A DNA stretch of 63,986 bases, counting the filler. It is 5 parts of 5 records of this genome, joined end to end, with 100 filler letters (N's around TTAATTAATTAA, not from the genome) between each part and the next. Parts side by side here need not be neighbours in the genome. Positions count along the whole stretch, not along the records: positions 1 to 23,406 come from DRR378314_917; positions 23,507 to 36,350 come from DRR378314_920; 3 more parts are not named here. One strand, written 5' to 3'. The notes under the pieces are model-generated. The model did not search any database and was not told the origin of the DNA. It was given only the letters and a program-made list of their open reading frames with translations. A program made the translations under genes and the position numbers. The first letter of the stretch is position 1. Every line of letters begins with the position of its first letter. Below are positions 20,526-32,700 of the stretch, piece after piece.

Positions 20526-21662
20526 ATGCACAAAAGAACTGCACTAAAAGTATTTTCAATTGTATCCTATTTAGGATTTTCCTGCACCTTAATGGGGCAA
20601 AATACCCACCATGATCATACGCACCATGTGCATGACAATAATGACATGGCGCATCATCACCCGCATAGCCCTATGGCTTCAGATGAAATTCCCATGCAGG
20701 CAAAACTGCTTACGGGACAAGGGGAGTTTGTTTTTTCTTGGGACCAAGAATTAACGGCGGCCTTTCCAAAAGAGGCCCATGAATTTGAACCAGGAATGCA
20801 CGGAGGATTTAATGAGGATCCTGAAACCGGCATCGTTTATACGGGAATACCTGGATACGGACTATGTTCTATTAGCCCCGATCTAACAAAATGGTCTACC
20901 ATAGGTAGTGATCAACGTTTAAAGGATAATATCCATGGTATTGTTTTCTTTGTTCACAAGGGTGAAAAATACCTAGCGGTGGCACAAGAGGGAAAAAGAG
21001 TTCTGGTTCTTACCTTGGACGGAAGAATCGTGAGTGAAATTCTGAAACCTACAGGCACTGAATTCAAGTTTGCCGAAGCCAATGAGTTCTTCGGTTCAAA
21101 GGATAGTAATTTTGGGGTTACGGATGTAACCTACCTTAATGGAACGCTATATGTGGCCCATGGTTATTCCGCAGGAGATTTTGTGATGACCATAAAGGAA
21201 AAGAATGGCGTTTGGAGCTGGGGAAAACTAGCCTGGGGAGGAAAAGGAGATATGCCAGGTCAGTTCCAGACCGCACATGGTATCTATGCCCACGAGAATC
21301 ATATTCTTGTGGCCAATAGGGCAGCAGGACAAGTAGTAAAATTTACCAAGAAGGGCAAGTTTGTGGAAACTTTTAATGATATTCCGGAAAGTAGTCTGGT
21401 ATGTAATGTCTCCTATAAAGCTGAGCATTACTTCCTAAATGCCTTGCAGGCCATTGGGGAACAAAAATCGGCACCGATCTATGTGCATACCGGAGAAAAG
21501 TTGCTATCGACCGTTATTCCTGGGGATTTGGATATTCCTGTCCTAACTAACATTCATCAGGTTTGGCCGCATATTGTTACAGAAAACGGAACCAAACAAT
21601 TGTACCTTCTAGTTCATGGATGGAACAAAGGCAAATTTGCCGTCCTGAAAATGGAAAAATAA
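20526..21662 (+). CDS. Secreted NHL-repeat-like beta-propeller protein with a His-rich N-terminus
   Basis: HHDHTHHVHDNNDMAHHHPH after the signal peptide; GGKGDMPGQFQTAHGI and VANR NHL-like motifs. Confidence 0.7.
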   Translation: MHKRTALKVFSIVSYLGFSCTLMGQNTHHDHTHHVHDNNDMAHHHPHSPMASDEIPMQAKLLTGQGEFVFSWDQELTAAFPKEAHEFEPGMHGGFNEDPETGIVYTGIPGYGLCSISPDLTKWSTIGSDQRLKDNIHGIVFFVHKGEKYLAVAQEGKRVLVLTLDGRIVSEILKPTGTEFKFAEANEFFGSKDSNFGVTDVTYLNGTLYVAHGYSAGDFVMTIKEKNGVWSWGKLAWGGKGDMPGQFQTAHGIYAHENHILVANRAAGQVVKFTKKGKFVETFNDIPESSLVCNVSYKAEHYFLNALQAIGEQKSAPIYVHTGEKLLSTVIPGDLDIPVLTNIHQVWPHIVTENGTKQLYLLVHGWNKGKFAVLKMEK

Positions 21663-21663
21663 T

Positions 21664-21698
21664 AAAAAGGCCTCCTCAAAAACGGGAGGCCTTTTTTT
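21664..21698. terminator. Bidirectional rho-independent terminator
   Basis: AAAAAGGCCTCC-loop-GGAGGCCTTTTTTT between convergent genes. Confidence 0.85.
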
Positions 21699-21704
21699 AT
21701 GGAT

Positions 21705-22709
21705 TTATTTTATCGGAGTCAAAACAATATTGCGATAGGCCACATTGCCGTGATCTCCCTGCAGGTAAATTGGCCCTGGACTCAATACATCTGACGACAT
21801 TGCTCCACCGGTAGGTCCCCAAACAGGTTGATTGTCAATTATTTTTTTACCGTTAAAGATTACCGTCACATGTCGGTCTACCAATGTAATATCAAACGAC
21901 TGCCATTCTCCAGCAGGTTTTTCGGCAGCCTCACTTGGTGTAATACGGCTATAAAGGGCACCCATATTATGGCTGTCCAACTCCTTGCCATAGGAATCCA
22001 CTACCTGGATTTCATAGAGTCCGCGTAGGTAAACGCCACTATTGTTGCCTTCTGGAACCATAACTTCCAACTTTAGGTTGAAATCATTAAAATCCTGTAA
22101 GGTTCTTATGTTTCCATAAGAGATATGTTCGCCATCTTCTGGTTGAACGGGATCGTTCATCAGCGTACCGTCCACCACCTTAAAACCGTTGGCCTTTTTC
22201 GGATCGATCAATTTCCAGCCACTCAAATCCTTCCCGTTGAAAAGTTTGATCGGTTTTTCGAATTTCAACTTGGATAGATCAGGCGTGTCCGGCATTGGCG
22301 GCATACGTTTTCCCGTAAAATTTTTGATGGACACCCCGCTTCCGTCCCTATTGGGACTACTCATGGTACCCAACAAGGCATCACCCACTTTTTTGACCTC
22401 CAGGGTATAAGTTATGGTATGGCTGCGCTCGGCACTTCTTTTTACTTGATTGGTACGGGTAACAACCAAGGTATTTTCGTCCATTAGATAAATGTTGGCC
22501 ACGGGAACTACACTACCACCTATCCATAATAGTTCGGCATCCAAAAAACCCTGTTCTTCATGTACTTTGAGCCAGCCTGCACCCCCGCCTTCAATTTCAA
22601 GGCCCCACATGCCCATAAAAGGGTTGGCCACAAGCGGTTGTGCCTTACTATTCGCAAAGCTGTTAAAGGCTAGAAATATCAATATCATGGAAGTAATTGT
22701 CCGTTTCAT
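21705..22709 (-). CDS. DUF1080 (3-keto-disaccharide hydrolase-like) protein
   Basis: LFNGKDLSGW, NSGVYLRG, YEIQVVDS and GPIYLQGDHG. Confidence 0.9.
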   Translation of the reverse strand: MKRTITSMILIFLAFNSFANSKAQPLVANPFMGMWGLEIEGGGAGWLKVHEEQGFLDAELLWIGGSVVPVANIYLMDENTLVVTRTNQVKRSAERSHTITYTLEVKKVGDALLGTMSSPNRDGSGVSIKNFTGKRMPPMPDTPDLSKLKFEKPIKLFNGKDLSGWKLIDPKKANGFKVVDGTLMNDPVQPEDGEHISYGNIRTLQDFNDFNLKLEVMVPEGNNSGVYLRGLYEIQVVDSYGKELDSHNMGALYSRITPSEAAEKPAGEWQSFDITLVDRHVTVIFNGKKIIDNQPVWGPTGGAMSSDVLSPGPIYLQGDHGNVAYRNIVLTPIK

Positions 22710-22895
22710 ATTACTGTGTTTTATTATAGATTAATTTATATGCAACATATATTGTTGTTAATGCGGTTGGATATGAGCAATACTGAATTTAAATGTGATA
22801 CATTTTGCTAAGTAAATTACGAAATAAAAAAGAATAGCATCCATGAAAAAGCAATAAGTCGAGCATCTTTAAATTATAGCTAAAATCCTAAATAC

Positions 22896-22955
22896 ATGAA
22901 CACTCGAATTTCTGCCAAACCTAAGTTATTCATTGGAATCGATATTCTAAAATAA
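22896..22955 (+). pseudogene. 5' remnant of an IS110-family transposase
   Basis: Reads MNTRISAKPKLFIGIDILK*, like the IS110 N-terminal FIGID motif, then stops. Confidence 0.5.
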
Positions 22956-23026
22956 GGGTTCTTTCAATGCTTCTCAGGCCTGCCTTTGTCGGCAGGATTG
23001 CCCCGAGGTAGTTTACTTAATTAGTA

Positions 23027-23371
23027 TTAAACCATTTCCTTGTTACAATACGTAGCTTTTTCAAAATCCCGAATATTTATTGCAATAATCGGTACTTCCA
23101 GCAACATTGCTTTTAGTACTGATATAATTTGTTTTGACAGATTAGCTTTTTGTTCTGTATTTCGTCCTTCCATTATATTTGCGAAAACATGGATGAAGTT
23201 ATTGTGTGTGTTTCCTGTATTGTAATATTGAAAAGGATTAATTCTTACTTTTATTTCTTCAGGTAGAAATAATCTGGTTAAATCTGCAGCATCATAAACT
23301 TTTCGCATGATATCTTCTGGTGACTTCAGTTCTATAATTTGTTTGGAACAGTCTATTATAAAATGTGGCAT
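23027..23371 (-). CDS. 5-carboxymethyl-2-hydroxymuconate isomerase (tautomerase superfamily)
   Basis: Catalytic N-terminal Pro (MPHFIIDCS), IKVR, FIHV and GRNTEQK. Confidence 0.85.
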   Translation of the reverse strand: MPHFIIDCSKQIIELKSPEDIMRKVYDAADLTRLFLPEEIKVRINPFQYYNTGNTHNNFIHVFANIMEGRNTEQKANLSKQIISVLKAMLLEVPIIAINIRDFEKATYCNKEMV

Positions 23372-23406
23372 AATTGTATTTATTAGTGAAACTCAATTTT
23401 GAGAAG

Positions 23407-23506
23407 NNNNNNNNNNNNNNNNNNNNNNNNNNNNNNNNNNNNNNNNNNNNTTAATTAATTAANNNNNNNNNNNNNNNNNNNNNNNNNNNNNNNNNNNNNN
23501 NNNNNN
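23407..23506. other. Artificial contig linker
   Basis: N44-TTAATTAATTAA-N44; base composition changes sharply across it. Confidence 0.97.
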
Positions 23507-24033
23507 CCCCCGCATATCTAGCGCTGCTTCGTAATTTATAGGTACGAAATGCATAACCCGCAAGTAAACCTTGTGGGCGGTCTGCGTGCAGCGCGCGGCG
23601 CGCGCGTACTGGGAACCGTTACGCAGCCCTCCAGGCCGTGTGCTGCGCGGAAGGCGCCGCACGAGTCGCTCGCGTTCCGTGCAGCAGCGTTGAGTGAGTG
23701 TTTGTGCGCGCCAGTGGTACGGACGGTATCCCGTGGGCGCGCGAGAGTGGCTCTGGTTCCCGGTGTGTGCGCCTGGGGCGCAAGAGCGCGCGCTCGCTGC
23801 CGGGCAAGATAAGGCTCCGGCGCGCGGCTCCCTGGACGCAGCGCCTGTGGCAGCGGCGTTGCCGAGGCGCCGGAGAAACGCGCTGCGCACAAACGCACCA
23901 CGCGTCAGAGGAATTGCGCGAGCACCGGCGCTGTTATATGCATTGATCGTTGGGTAGTGGTAGCTGCGTCTTTCTCTTCTCCGTTGTATTTGTATTCCTC
24001 GCCGTCACGCGCGGCGCAGCTCGGAGTGCAGCT

Positions 24034-27000
24034 ATGTCCCTGTACGGGAACACCACTGGGGTTCTCGAGCAGGGTCTCGTTGGTTTACCCCTGCAGGATA
24101 TTGTGGCGGGCATTATGCTCGCTGCGGCGCCGGTACTCTTATTTTACGGTTCCAAGTGTTTTCGAGGTACGCGTGCGTGGAATGGAGCGGCTGTATCTGG
24201 TTCTTCGGGCAGGTGTTGTGATGCGTTAGGATTCGTTTCTCTGTCGGCGCGCACCCGCGCAGCGGAAGACCCCCACCTGGTCGCGAGCGCCGCGACCTAC
24301 CAGCGCTCGCACCGCACGTGAGCTAGAATCACATGCCCACAAAGGGTACCCCTTGAAGGAGTGCATACATGTGTACAGGGACGAACGGTCCTACGGAGCT
24401 GCGGTGCCGTATGCTCTTGTGTCTCGACTGATTCCACGAGCAAGGGAGAGCGCGTGTTCGAGCTGCGCCCGTTCCCGAGGTGATGACGTGGTGCGGAAAC
24501 GCCTCTCGTTCCTTCCTCGGCGCGCTCGCCTTGTGTTTGTGCACGGCGGAGCGATAGCTAGTGCCACCATGCACGCCACTCTCTCGCCTACAGTCAAACA
24601 TGATTATTACAACATCACTCGGTGTGTGAGTGATGCGGTAGACGCGCATTCTTTTGCTGCAGAGTATCACAAAGCAGGTGCAGAACCGGCTCGCTTTCCG
24701 TTTCTCGCAGACGTCGTGCATGCCGTTGCTCCAACGTTCTCCACTTTTGTGTAGGAAGCACTTATTCTTCTTCCTCCATTCACACCGCAATTATCATTTG
24801 CACTGTATTAGTTTATGTCCATAATCTGGTTTACTTCTCTACTTTTCCAGATGCTGCACCGCGGGCTGATGGTTCCCCTTGATCACTTTCACTGAAAGCT
24901 GCGTTCGCTGGTGCGTTCGTACGCGCTGGATGCTGCGTTGGGTGCGAACTTGGAACGGTGCGGGTTCCGATTCTGGTTCCGGATACAGGTCTACTGGCAG
25001 TTATTGGGTTCACTGGTGGGTTGTATTCTTCCATGTCAATAACCGCGATTACTGGTTCTACGATCTCTTCCGATCTCACTGCAGTTGTTGCAATCGGTAC
25101 GTGCGGAGAGGGCGGGGATCCGTGCACAGCACGACACTCCGCGGAGTGCAGCGCGCGAGTCCTAGTGCCACCTCGTGCAGAAGAAGTAGTATCCACTACG
25201 CACCCGCGTATCTACGTGAGAGTGTAATGTACGCCCGCGCAAGGCACTGTACAAGTAGCGGGACTCCTGCAGCAAGTCGATTTGTTCGGCGATTGTCCAA
25301 GGGAAAACTAATGGTGTGGCCGTGGAGTTTCGTCTACGTGGCGCTGCGAAGCTCTGGGGCACTACAGAGCACCTAGTGATCGCTACACCGGGAGAACACG
25401 AGCTCTGCAATCTCACAGATGCCGCACGCACGCACGTGCGGTCGGTGTAGGCTTCGGGGTGTTTGGTGCTCTGGCACTGTACTCGTTGTACAAAGTGGGT
25501 CTATTCTTTGTCGGAGCGATCGGTGGACTCGTCGCGGGAACGTTTGTCCTGAAGAACATTGTGGCGGCTGGATGGAGTGGGTACGTACCGTTCGAGCGAA
25601 AGCACCTGCGAATACCATTGGAAATGGGCATCGTAGATGGGGAGATTCTCGCGCTGTCCTCCTCTTCGATAGTACGTGTGTGTGTCGTTTGATGTATAGT
25701 TGCACAAGTGTTGGTTGCTCATACACCTCATGAGTCCCGGTTGTCCCCCTGTGAAGCACGAGTCGGGATGATTTCCTCGTGCGAAGTACTCACATGATGG
25801 GCTAATGCGGTTTAATCGTTCTCGTTCTTGTGCGTACGTGTTGTGTGCCTGCGGTGGGACTCCAGATCCATCGGTGTGCAGATATCTGTGCTCGTCATCC
25901 TCATGCTGCTCGGTGGATTCGCTACCATTCGGTACCGACACGGCGTGATCGCTACGTTCACATCGTTTTTAGGCGGATTCTCGCTTGTGTCTGGCATTGA
26001 CCACTTTCGCCATGGACCTCTTGCTCTGGTGCGTAGTAAGGACGAGCAACGAGGTATTGGCTGCGGGGAGGTAGCGCTCGTAGAGTGTCGTACACGCAAT
26101 GGGGAATGATGGTACAGTAACGGGCACGAGCACCGAGCGCTTGTACCTCGCGCTCATTGTTTGCTCATGGCATCACATCGCACACGTGCAATCACAGCGT
26201 CCGCGCAGGCGTATCTACGTGACCGCGCAGGCGTATCTGCATGGTTCGTGGTGCGGGAACGAGTGTCGTCCGTACCGTTGCGCGCTTCCCACCTCCCCTG
26301 GGCTCTCCCTCGCCCTCCCCCCGTGTGTTGCGTCTACGCGTCGTACCAGTTGCTTCCCGTATGTTCTGCAGGGCGTCCCCATTGCATGTGCGCACATTGT
26401 ATGCGTCGTTCTTCCTTTCGCGTCTCTGTGGTCACCAGAGTTCCCCGTCCCAGCTACGAAGGCGCTGCGCTTCCCCTGCTCCGCCTGCAGCAATGTAGCG
26501 CGCCCTCCGCACACGCGCACTCTCCACCGTTGATCCACGTGGCGCAGCGTAGTATACGCCCGTGGAACGGTACGCAACGGGGATGCGTGTACGATGGCGG
26601 ACGAACGCTGTCAATGATTCTGATGTGCCCCTTCGCTCACGTTGCAATGCGATGCGGGTCACGTGGGAGTGCAGGAGGCGTTTGGTCTATTTGACGGCAA
26701 CGGTGGGTTTTCCGATCATTTGCGCGATTTTCAGGTATGTGCGGGCCGTTGGTCGGAGCGGGAAGCGTACGGGCGATCCTAGACGATGACGCTTCTCCAC
26801 TCCCGCACTACCCGAGGAGCATGCGCTCGCTCTCTGAGGGTAGTGAGATTGATTGGTGAGGTGTGAAGAGCTGGGTGTGTGCTTCTTCTGACACTTGTCG
26901 TCTCTTGTGTGTGTGCATGTGCGGTAAACGATGGGCGATGCACGATGTCGGTGGTCTGGGTGAATCCGGTGCAGTGCTCGGAGGATCGTATATGCTACGT

Positions 27001-28551
27001 GCTCCTCAGTACGGTACGACACATGGCACATCGATGCACCGACCTCCAGATGGATATACTGTACTTATTGCCGGTGCCATGGATGATCGTAGAGTGGCGA
27101 CGTATGGCATATGTGTGTATGAGTGTGCTCTCGCGTCCCATCGTTCGTGCTTGCTGCTGCTGCGTTGGGCGCGATGGTCCGCGCTGTCCCGGGGCTCGAG
27201 GTCGCTTGTTCCACTCGAATGTGCCACTACCGCGCACTGCATTGATCGCTCTTCTTCCCATTCACTGGCATCCCACTCATGAGTGCGCACACGTGTACAT
27301 GTATCGTGCTGTGCGGCACGGATGCAGTGGGTGGTGAGCTTTGTGGTTGGTGTGATCTTTCAGCGACGACTGTGGTGCTGCAAGAAGCGCGAACCGCTCG
27401 TTGATGAGGAAATGAATCCACTACCACGGTACGTGGTACATGAGACGTGACACGCACGTACTCCCGGGACGCTTATAGACACGCACACACCCACGCGTAC
27501 GATGGCGTATACTTGCGTGATGAGCGAAAGTGAGCGATGGAGCAATTGCTGTGAGTCTTGAGCTCATCGGTGTGATTGGGGGGCGCTCGGATCTTGGTGT
27601 ACGCGGCATGGAGACGATTCCCCCTCCTCCTCCTCCTCCGATCGATCGATATGGTGTACTACGTGAAACGCCGAGCGTATGCGTTGCACGGCTGTGCATT
27701 CGAATACGACAGTACTACGCGACACCGGCGGTCTCGTCCGTGCAGTGGCACGGGAGGAGGAAACGCTTCTGGAGGTGTTTGTGCCGCAACGTACCGACCG
27801 AGGAAGAAGCGAAACCGCTCTGCTGTAGTGTACTGCACCGCATCTACGCCCCTCCCTGCCTTTAGGCGTGTATACCACGCGCAAAGAGTGTGTTGTGGTG
27901 TGCACTGCGGGCTCGCGGGTGTGTATCGTGGTGGTGGGGGAATTACGTGTGTTGGGGGGGAGGAAAAATCCAGCGTGCGCGATCCTGCGGTGTAGGCGAG
28001 TACGATACAACTGTGATCAACGTGCGCCCCTAAGCTGCTACAAAGCGACGGAGCACCGTCGTGTACCGCACCGCACACATTGATACTGCTGCACTGTCTC
28101 TCACATACGCATGCGCGACTCTCCCTGTACTCGTTGTTGATCTTCGCACTGCTATGTTGCTGCTGGCGCTGGTACCAGACGAGAGCCGAGTGATCCTACC
28201 ATGCGGAGCTGGCGAGCCTTCCGCCACGGTCGGAGCGCGCGGTTCCAGCGGATCCGAGAACCAGTCAGCGACGACACCAACGCGTACTTCTCATCGTCCT
28301 CCGGATCCGCATCGGACGATGAGCTGTCCGAAGAGTCGATTCGTGCGATCCTGCGGCACCTGCAGTCGCGGCCGCGATCGCAGCGCAAGCGACGGCGCCA
28401 CCGAGCGCGCCGCCGCTCTCCGCGACGACGCTCCGATGCGACGCGGAGCGCGCAGATCGAGGAATCGCCTCGGAAGCGTGGAGACGAAGGACCGGTAAGC
28501 AGTGAAGAAGACAGTGCCGCAGGGAGCGTATCCGATGAAGTGGATGTGTAG
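24034..28551 (+). CDS. Intron-containing DUF4203/TMEM198/TM7SF3-like membrane protein; ends approximate
   Basis: Phase-consistent GT-AG exons (to 24166, 24989-25096, from 25451) give LLFYGSKCFRGLLAVIGFTGG and YKVGLFFVGAIGG; later TSFLGGFSLVSGIDHF; Ser/Arg/acidic tail ends at TAG 28551. Later exons not fully resolved. Confidence 0.65.
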
Positions 28552-29782
28552 TGTACGGGGAAGCACGTGATCGGGCGCGCTCTCCGTGACAGACACACCG
28601 CGCGTGGAGTTGCCGTTGTCCTCGTGCGTACGACATCCTCCTCATCGCTGCGGCACTGCATGTGTGTATGTATACATGACCGTGCTCATGCACAACGTAC
28701 ACCAGTGTTTCCTGGCGGGCGAAACCGCGGAAAGTGCTCAGCTGTGCTCACCCGTGCAATCACCACGTGGAGCGATACGACCGCTGCATCGGCGCACAGT
28801 GCGCTCTCCGCTTTCACCGCCGCGCGCGATGGCACTTCTCCGCACTGCAATGTATAAGCACGGCATGCGCACCGCTCCGCTTTCGTGTTCATGCCGGAGC
28901 CGGAGGGAGTGCATTCCACCGGTACAGCACATGTGCATTCGATGCGCTCACGGTCCACACCGAGGTCACGGTGCGCGCGAGCGAGTCAGCGCGGCAACGG
29001 AGACGACGAGCACCAGGAGCACACAACAAGCTGTATTTTCCGGCACATACACGCACAGCGCATCGTTCGCAGCACGTCCGGAGCACGCGTTGTCTTGAAC
29101 GGACACAGACGGTGCGCGCAACGATTCCTTTCCCCGCCGCAACACCCACTCGCGCATCCCCGCACGCAGCACGACTCCCACGTGTACCGCACAGCGAACA
29201 CGCGGACATGCACGATAGAAACAGCACCACGCACGCACAATGCTGGTATGGAACAGTGCGTTCCGGTACTGCGCGCCGGACGATGGCTACGTACGAGCAT
29301 ACGTATGGCACCTGCAAGCATATCCACTACCGCACTCACATATACAACAATACAGAGGAACTGCCCGGATCAACATTCCGCACAGCGCACCCGATTCACA
29401 CAAGCGCAGCGGCAGAGCGCGATAGAGAGCGAGTGCGGGCCGGACAGCCTTCCCGCCTCTACGCGCCTGTTCACCGCCATGCGCAGCGGCAGTACGTCTC
29501 CTCCATCGATGCGCGGCGCAATCCAACGGACCCACCGCCGCTGGAATGCAGAGGCGAGGAAGGGTGGACCTCTCGCCCTGCCCACGCAACAACGCGTACA
29601 CTCCCGCAGCTGTACGGTGAACCAGTACACATTGCGCGGTATTGCGCCTCCCTGCGGTACCGCCCGCTATCCCATGATACGCGCGAGATACTTCATCAGG
29701 TGCAACACAGAGCATCATGAATACGGACTTGAGTGAAGATTCTGAACAATCTCCAGTCCTCAACGGCCCAACGGCACAGCGT

Positions 29783-32700
29783 CTATACGTTTGACGGCAC
29801 GAGCCCTTGCATCGAGCTTCCCTTCTTCGTCAACGAACGCAGCCTGGTCGTGAAATCGGTCGTGAAGTGGATCCGAACCGATCCTTCCAGCGATCCAGCC
29901 AGATGACCGTAGTACTGGAGTTCCGAGCTGAACGGCACCGCATCCTTACTCATCGCTGCGGCGCGAATGCACGCCTCACCGAGCGGTACGCGCGCCTGAC
30001 CAATCATCTGCAGCGCAGTGCACCAGCCGAGCAGACACGAGAACGGGGAAAGGTAAGCACACACCGATGAGCAGAAGGAGCGCGCCGAACGAACGCGTAG
30101 AGGACACTGGAGCGTGTTCCACCGGCGCGCAACGGGCACAACGCTGCAGACCAGCGATGCACACACAGCATCGCGCCACGGATACCAGTATGTGGAAGCC
30201 GTTGTTAGCGCACGTACATCGTTTCCGTCGAGCATGCGTACGAGCAGGATTTGCGATTCGAGGTAGCGCGGTTGGACGAGGAACGGCCCGAACGTGGCGA
30301 ACGAAGTCGATCCGACAGCGACCGTTGAGCTCAGGGACGATCGCAGCGTACTGTCAAGGAATGGCACGTAGACCATCGCCATGGGCTGCGGGCCAATTCC
30401 CTCGTTCATAATGGATCCGTCATCGTTACGCTTATGCGGGTCCATGAGAGTGAGCGACCCAACTTCGATGAAGCAGTACGTGAACGCATCGGACATGCGA
30501 GGAGGCTTCGGAAGAAGCACATCAAAGGTGGAGTAGATCGGAGAATGATCACTGCAGCATGGAGAAACGCGGTAACAGCACGTGCCGCACGTACGAATGA
30601 CTCGCGTATGAGCGATATAGACGTGTGACTGCGCGTACAGCAGCGGATTTCGCCTCCTCTCACAGTAGAGGGTTAGGTGCGGGAGCGCAGGTGCACGCCG
30701 AAGAGCCCATGGCGTCGCGTACTGCGATCGCTGCACCCTGGGATGATGCTCGGAGGCGTTCCTTGTACCATACGTAGCAGCGCATCATCGCAACGAACAC
30801 CGCGCCACACACATTGTGGTGGCGCTACTCCGGCCATGGCAGCTACACAGCACTCGCTACAGAGGGTTCGCGTTCGTGCACTGACGCAGGGATACCAGTT
30901 TCGCGGTCATCGACCACAACCTTGCACAACCGCCTCGTACCTTGACACCACGGAATCGCTCGCCCCGTACTCCTTCTGCTCCACATTCGTGTACGGCAGA
31001 CACCGCCACATGATACGGTCCGTGTACGAAGGAACACGCATCTTCTGCGTAGTGTACTCGCGCGGGTACTCGCCCACCTTGTACTTGTAGGTTGGGTTGA
31101 ACTTGATCACGCCTGCAAAAGAGCAGCAGTTCGCCGCCATCGATGCGCACAGGATGAGAAATCGCGCGCACAGCACACGTCCCAATGCACTGCACCGCCG
31201 AAGCGCTCATGTGGGATACAGCGGTACATTTGCGCACGCGCACGCGCACCGACTCCGCCTACACGCTGTCCTACGGTTGCCGCCCACTGCAGCGAGCCCT
31301 CGCGCAGGATTAACGCACCTTCCCGGAAATCATGGAACACATGGCCGGCGGATCGCTCACGAACCAGTTGGTCAAACTTCATCAGAGGCTGCACATCACC
31401 GCTCTCCACATGCTGAATCACCGAGTCGCTGCGCAGACAACGCGGTAGAGCATGCGACGGCAACCGAAAACAAGGAAGAGTGAGAAACCCGGCGTGCAAC
31501 AAGGCGCGCCGGTAATGCATAGAACGACGATGCGAAACACTGGCACGACGATCCATGTTCGCGTATGTATGGGCATCCCCTCCCTGCCCAGCTCTACTCT
31601 ATACGCGCAAGCGCTGCAGCGAAGCAGCACGCACGCTCCACGCACGCCTGAAGCATCGGCTTCGTCAGCGGCAACTAGGAGTGAAAGGACACGCGCGGTG
31701 ATTCTGGTCGCAGTGACAACACAGATGCACCAACACCGCGAATCTCAGCGCCTCGCACGCCTCGCGCGAGGCCGCTTACTCCCTTCCCACCATGAACGCG
31801 TAAAAATCTCTTCCTAACCCTACCATCATACGACATATAGCTACGTGCATAGAGTAAGCATGCTCCACCCCTACTCCCAAGTGAGCGTACCGATCAAGGT
31901 CCAGGCGGTAGTTGAGATCACCGTAGAAGAAGAGGTTGTACTCGTTGGCAATATCGAAGAACTCGGAGCCGAATTGCAGCTCGCGGATAATGGTGGCTGC
32001 ATCTCGATTCCGGTTCGCGACGAGTTCTTGGTGCGCAGCCAAGTGGGCAGAAACGAAGCAGAACTTGAGACCGTTGTAACGGAAAGCGATACCCGCTCCA
32101 CCTTTGTTGTACAGCACACCGCCGACACCAGTAGCCTCGTGGTATGTCTCCACATGTGTGATGTTGGGCGCTACCGATTTCCGGGCGAACACCATGTTGC
32201 GAATGGGTCCCATATTACGCTCCGCCACAAGCACGTAGTTCGGGCCAAGAACATCTTCCACCACGCGCGTCATCGACCCGCGCATGCTGCACTCTTGGAC
32301 ACCAATAGAATACAGATCGTAGTTCTCGTATTCCTGCACAAAGTAGGACAATGCAGACGGAGCGACACACAAATCAATACACAACACTTATGTACCGCCA
32401 ATACGCGGCGCTTGAGGGCCAGGATGCAGGCGAGCAGCAACCGCGCGCATTTCTCACCGCAAGCATACGGTCCTTGGACGAGCGCGGCCTATACGGTGGA
32501 CGAACCACGAGGCACACGGACGCAAGCGGTACGCTGCATACCGCACACCGTTACCTGCTCGTGCACGTCCACCACAGCTAGCTTATCGCATGCACTCGTA
32601 CTTAGTTGTCCACATTAGGGCGCTTCCCGCTCGCCACCGCACTACCGCGGAGAGCACGGTGCGCGACTGGGTGCGCAAGCACGCAGGAGCCGGCACATTG

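Noticed and set aside
23451-23462. TTAATTAATTAA as a biological motif, and ORFs running into the N blocks
   Set aside because: Identical stop-codon-rich spacer at every join; an artefact.
28586-29763. Overlapping 150-330 aa ORFs between the two convergent eukaryotic genes
   Set aside because: Arg/Ala/His/Thr-rich translations of GC- and CA-rich DNA with no motifs; most likely UTR or intergenic.
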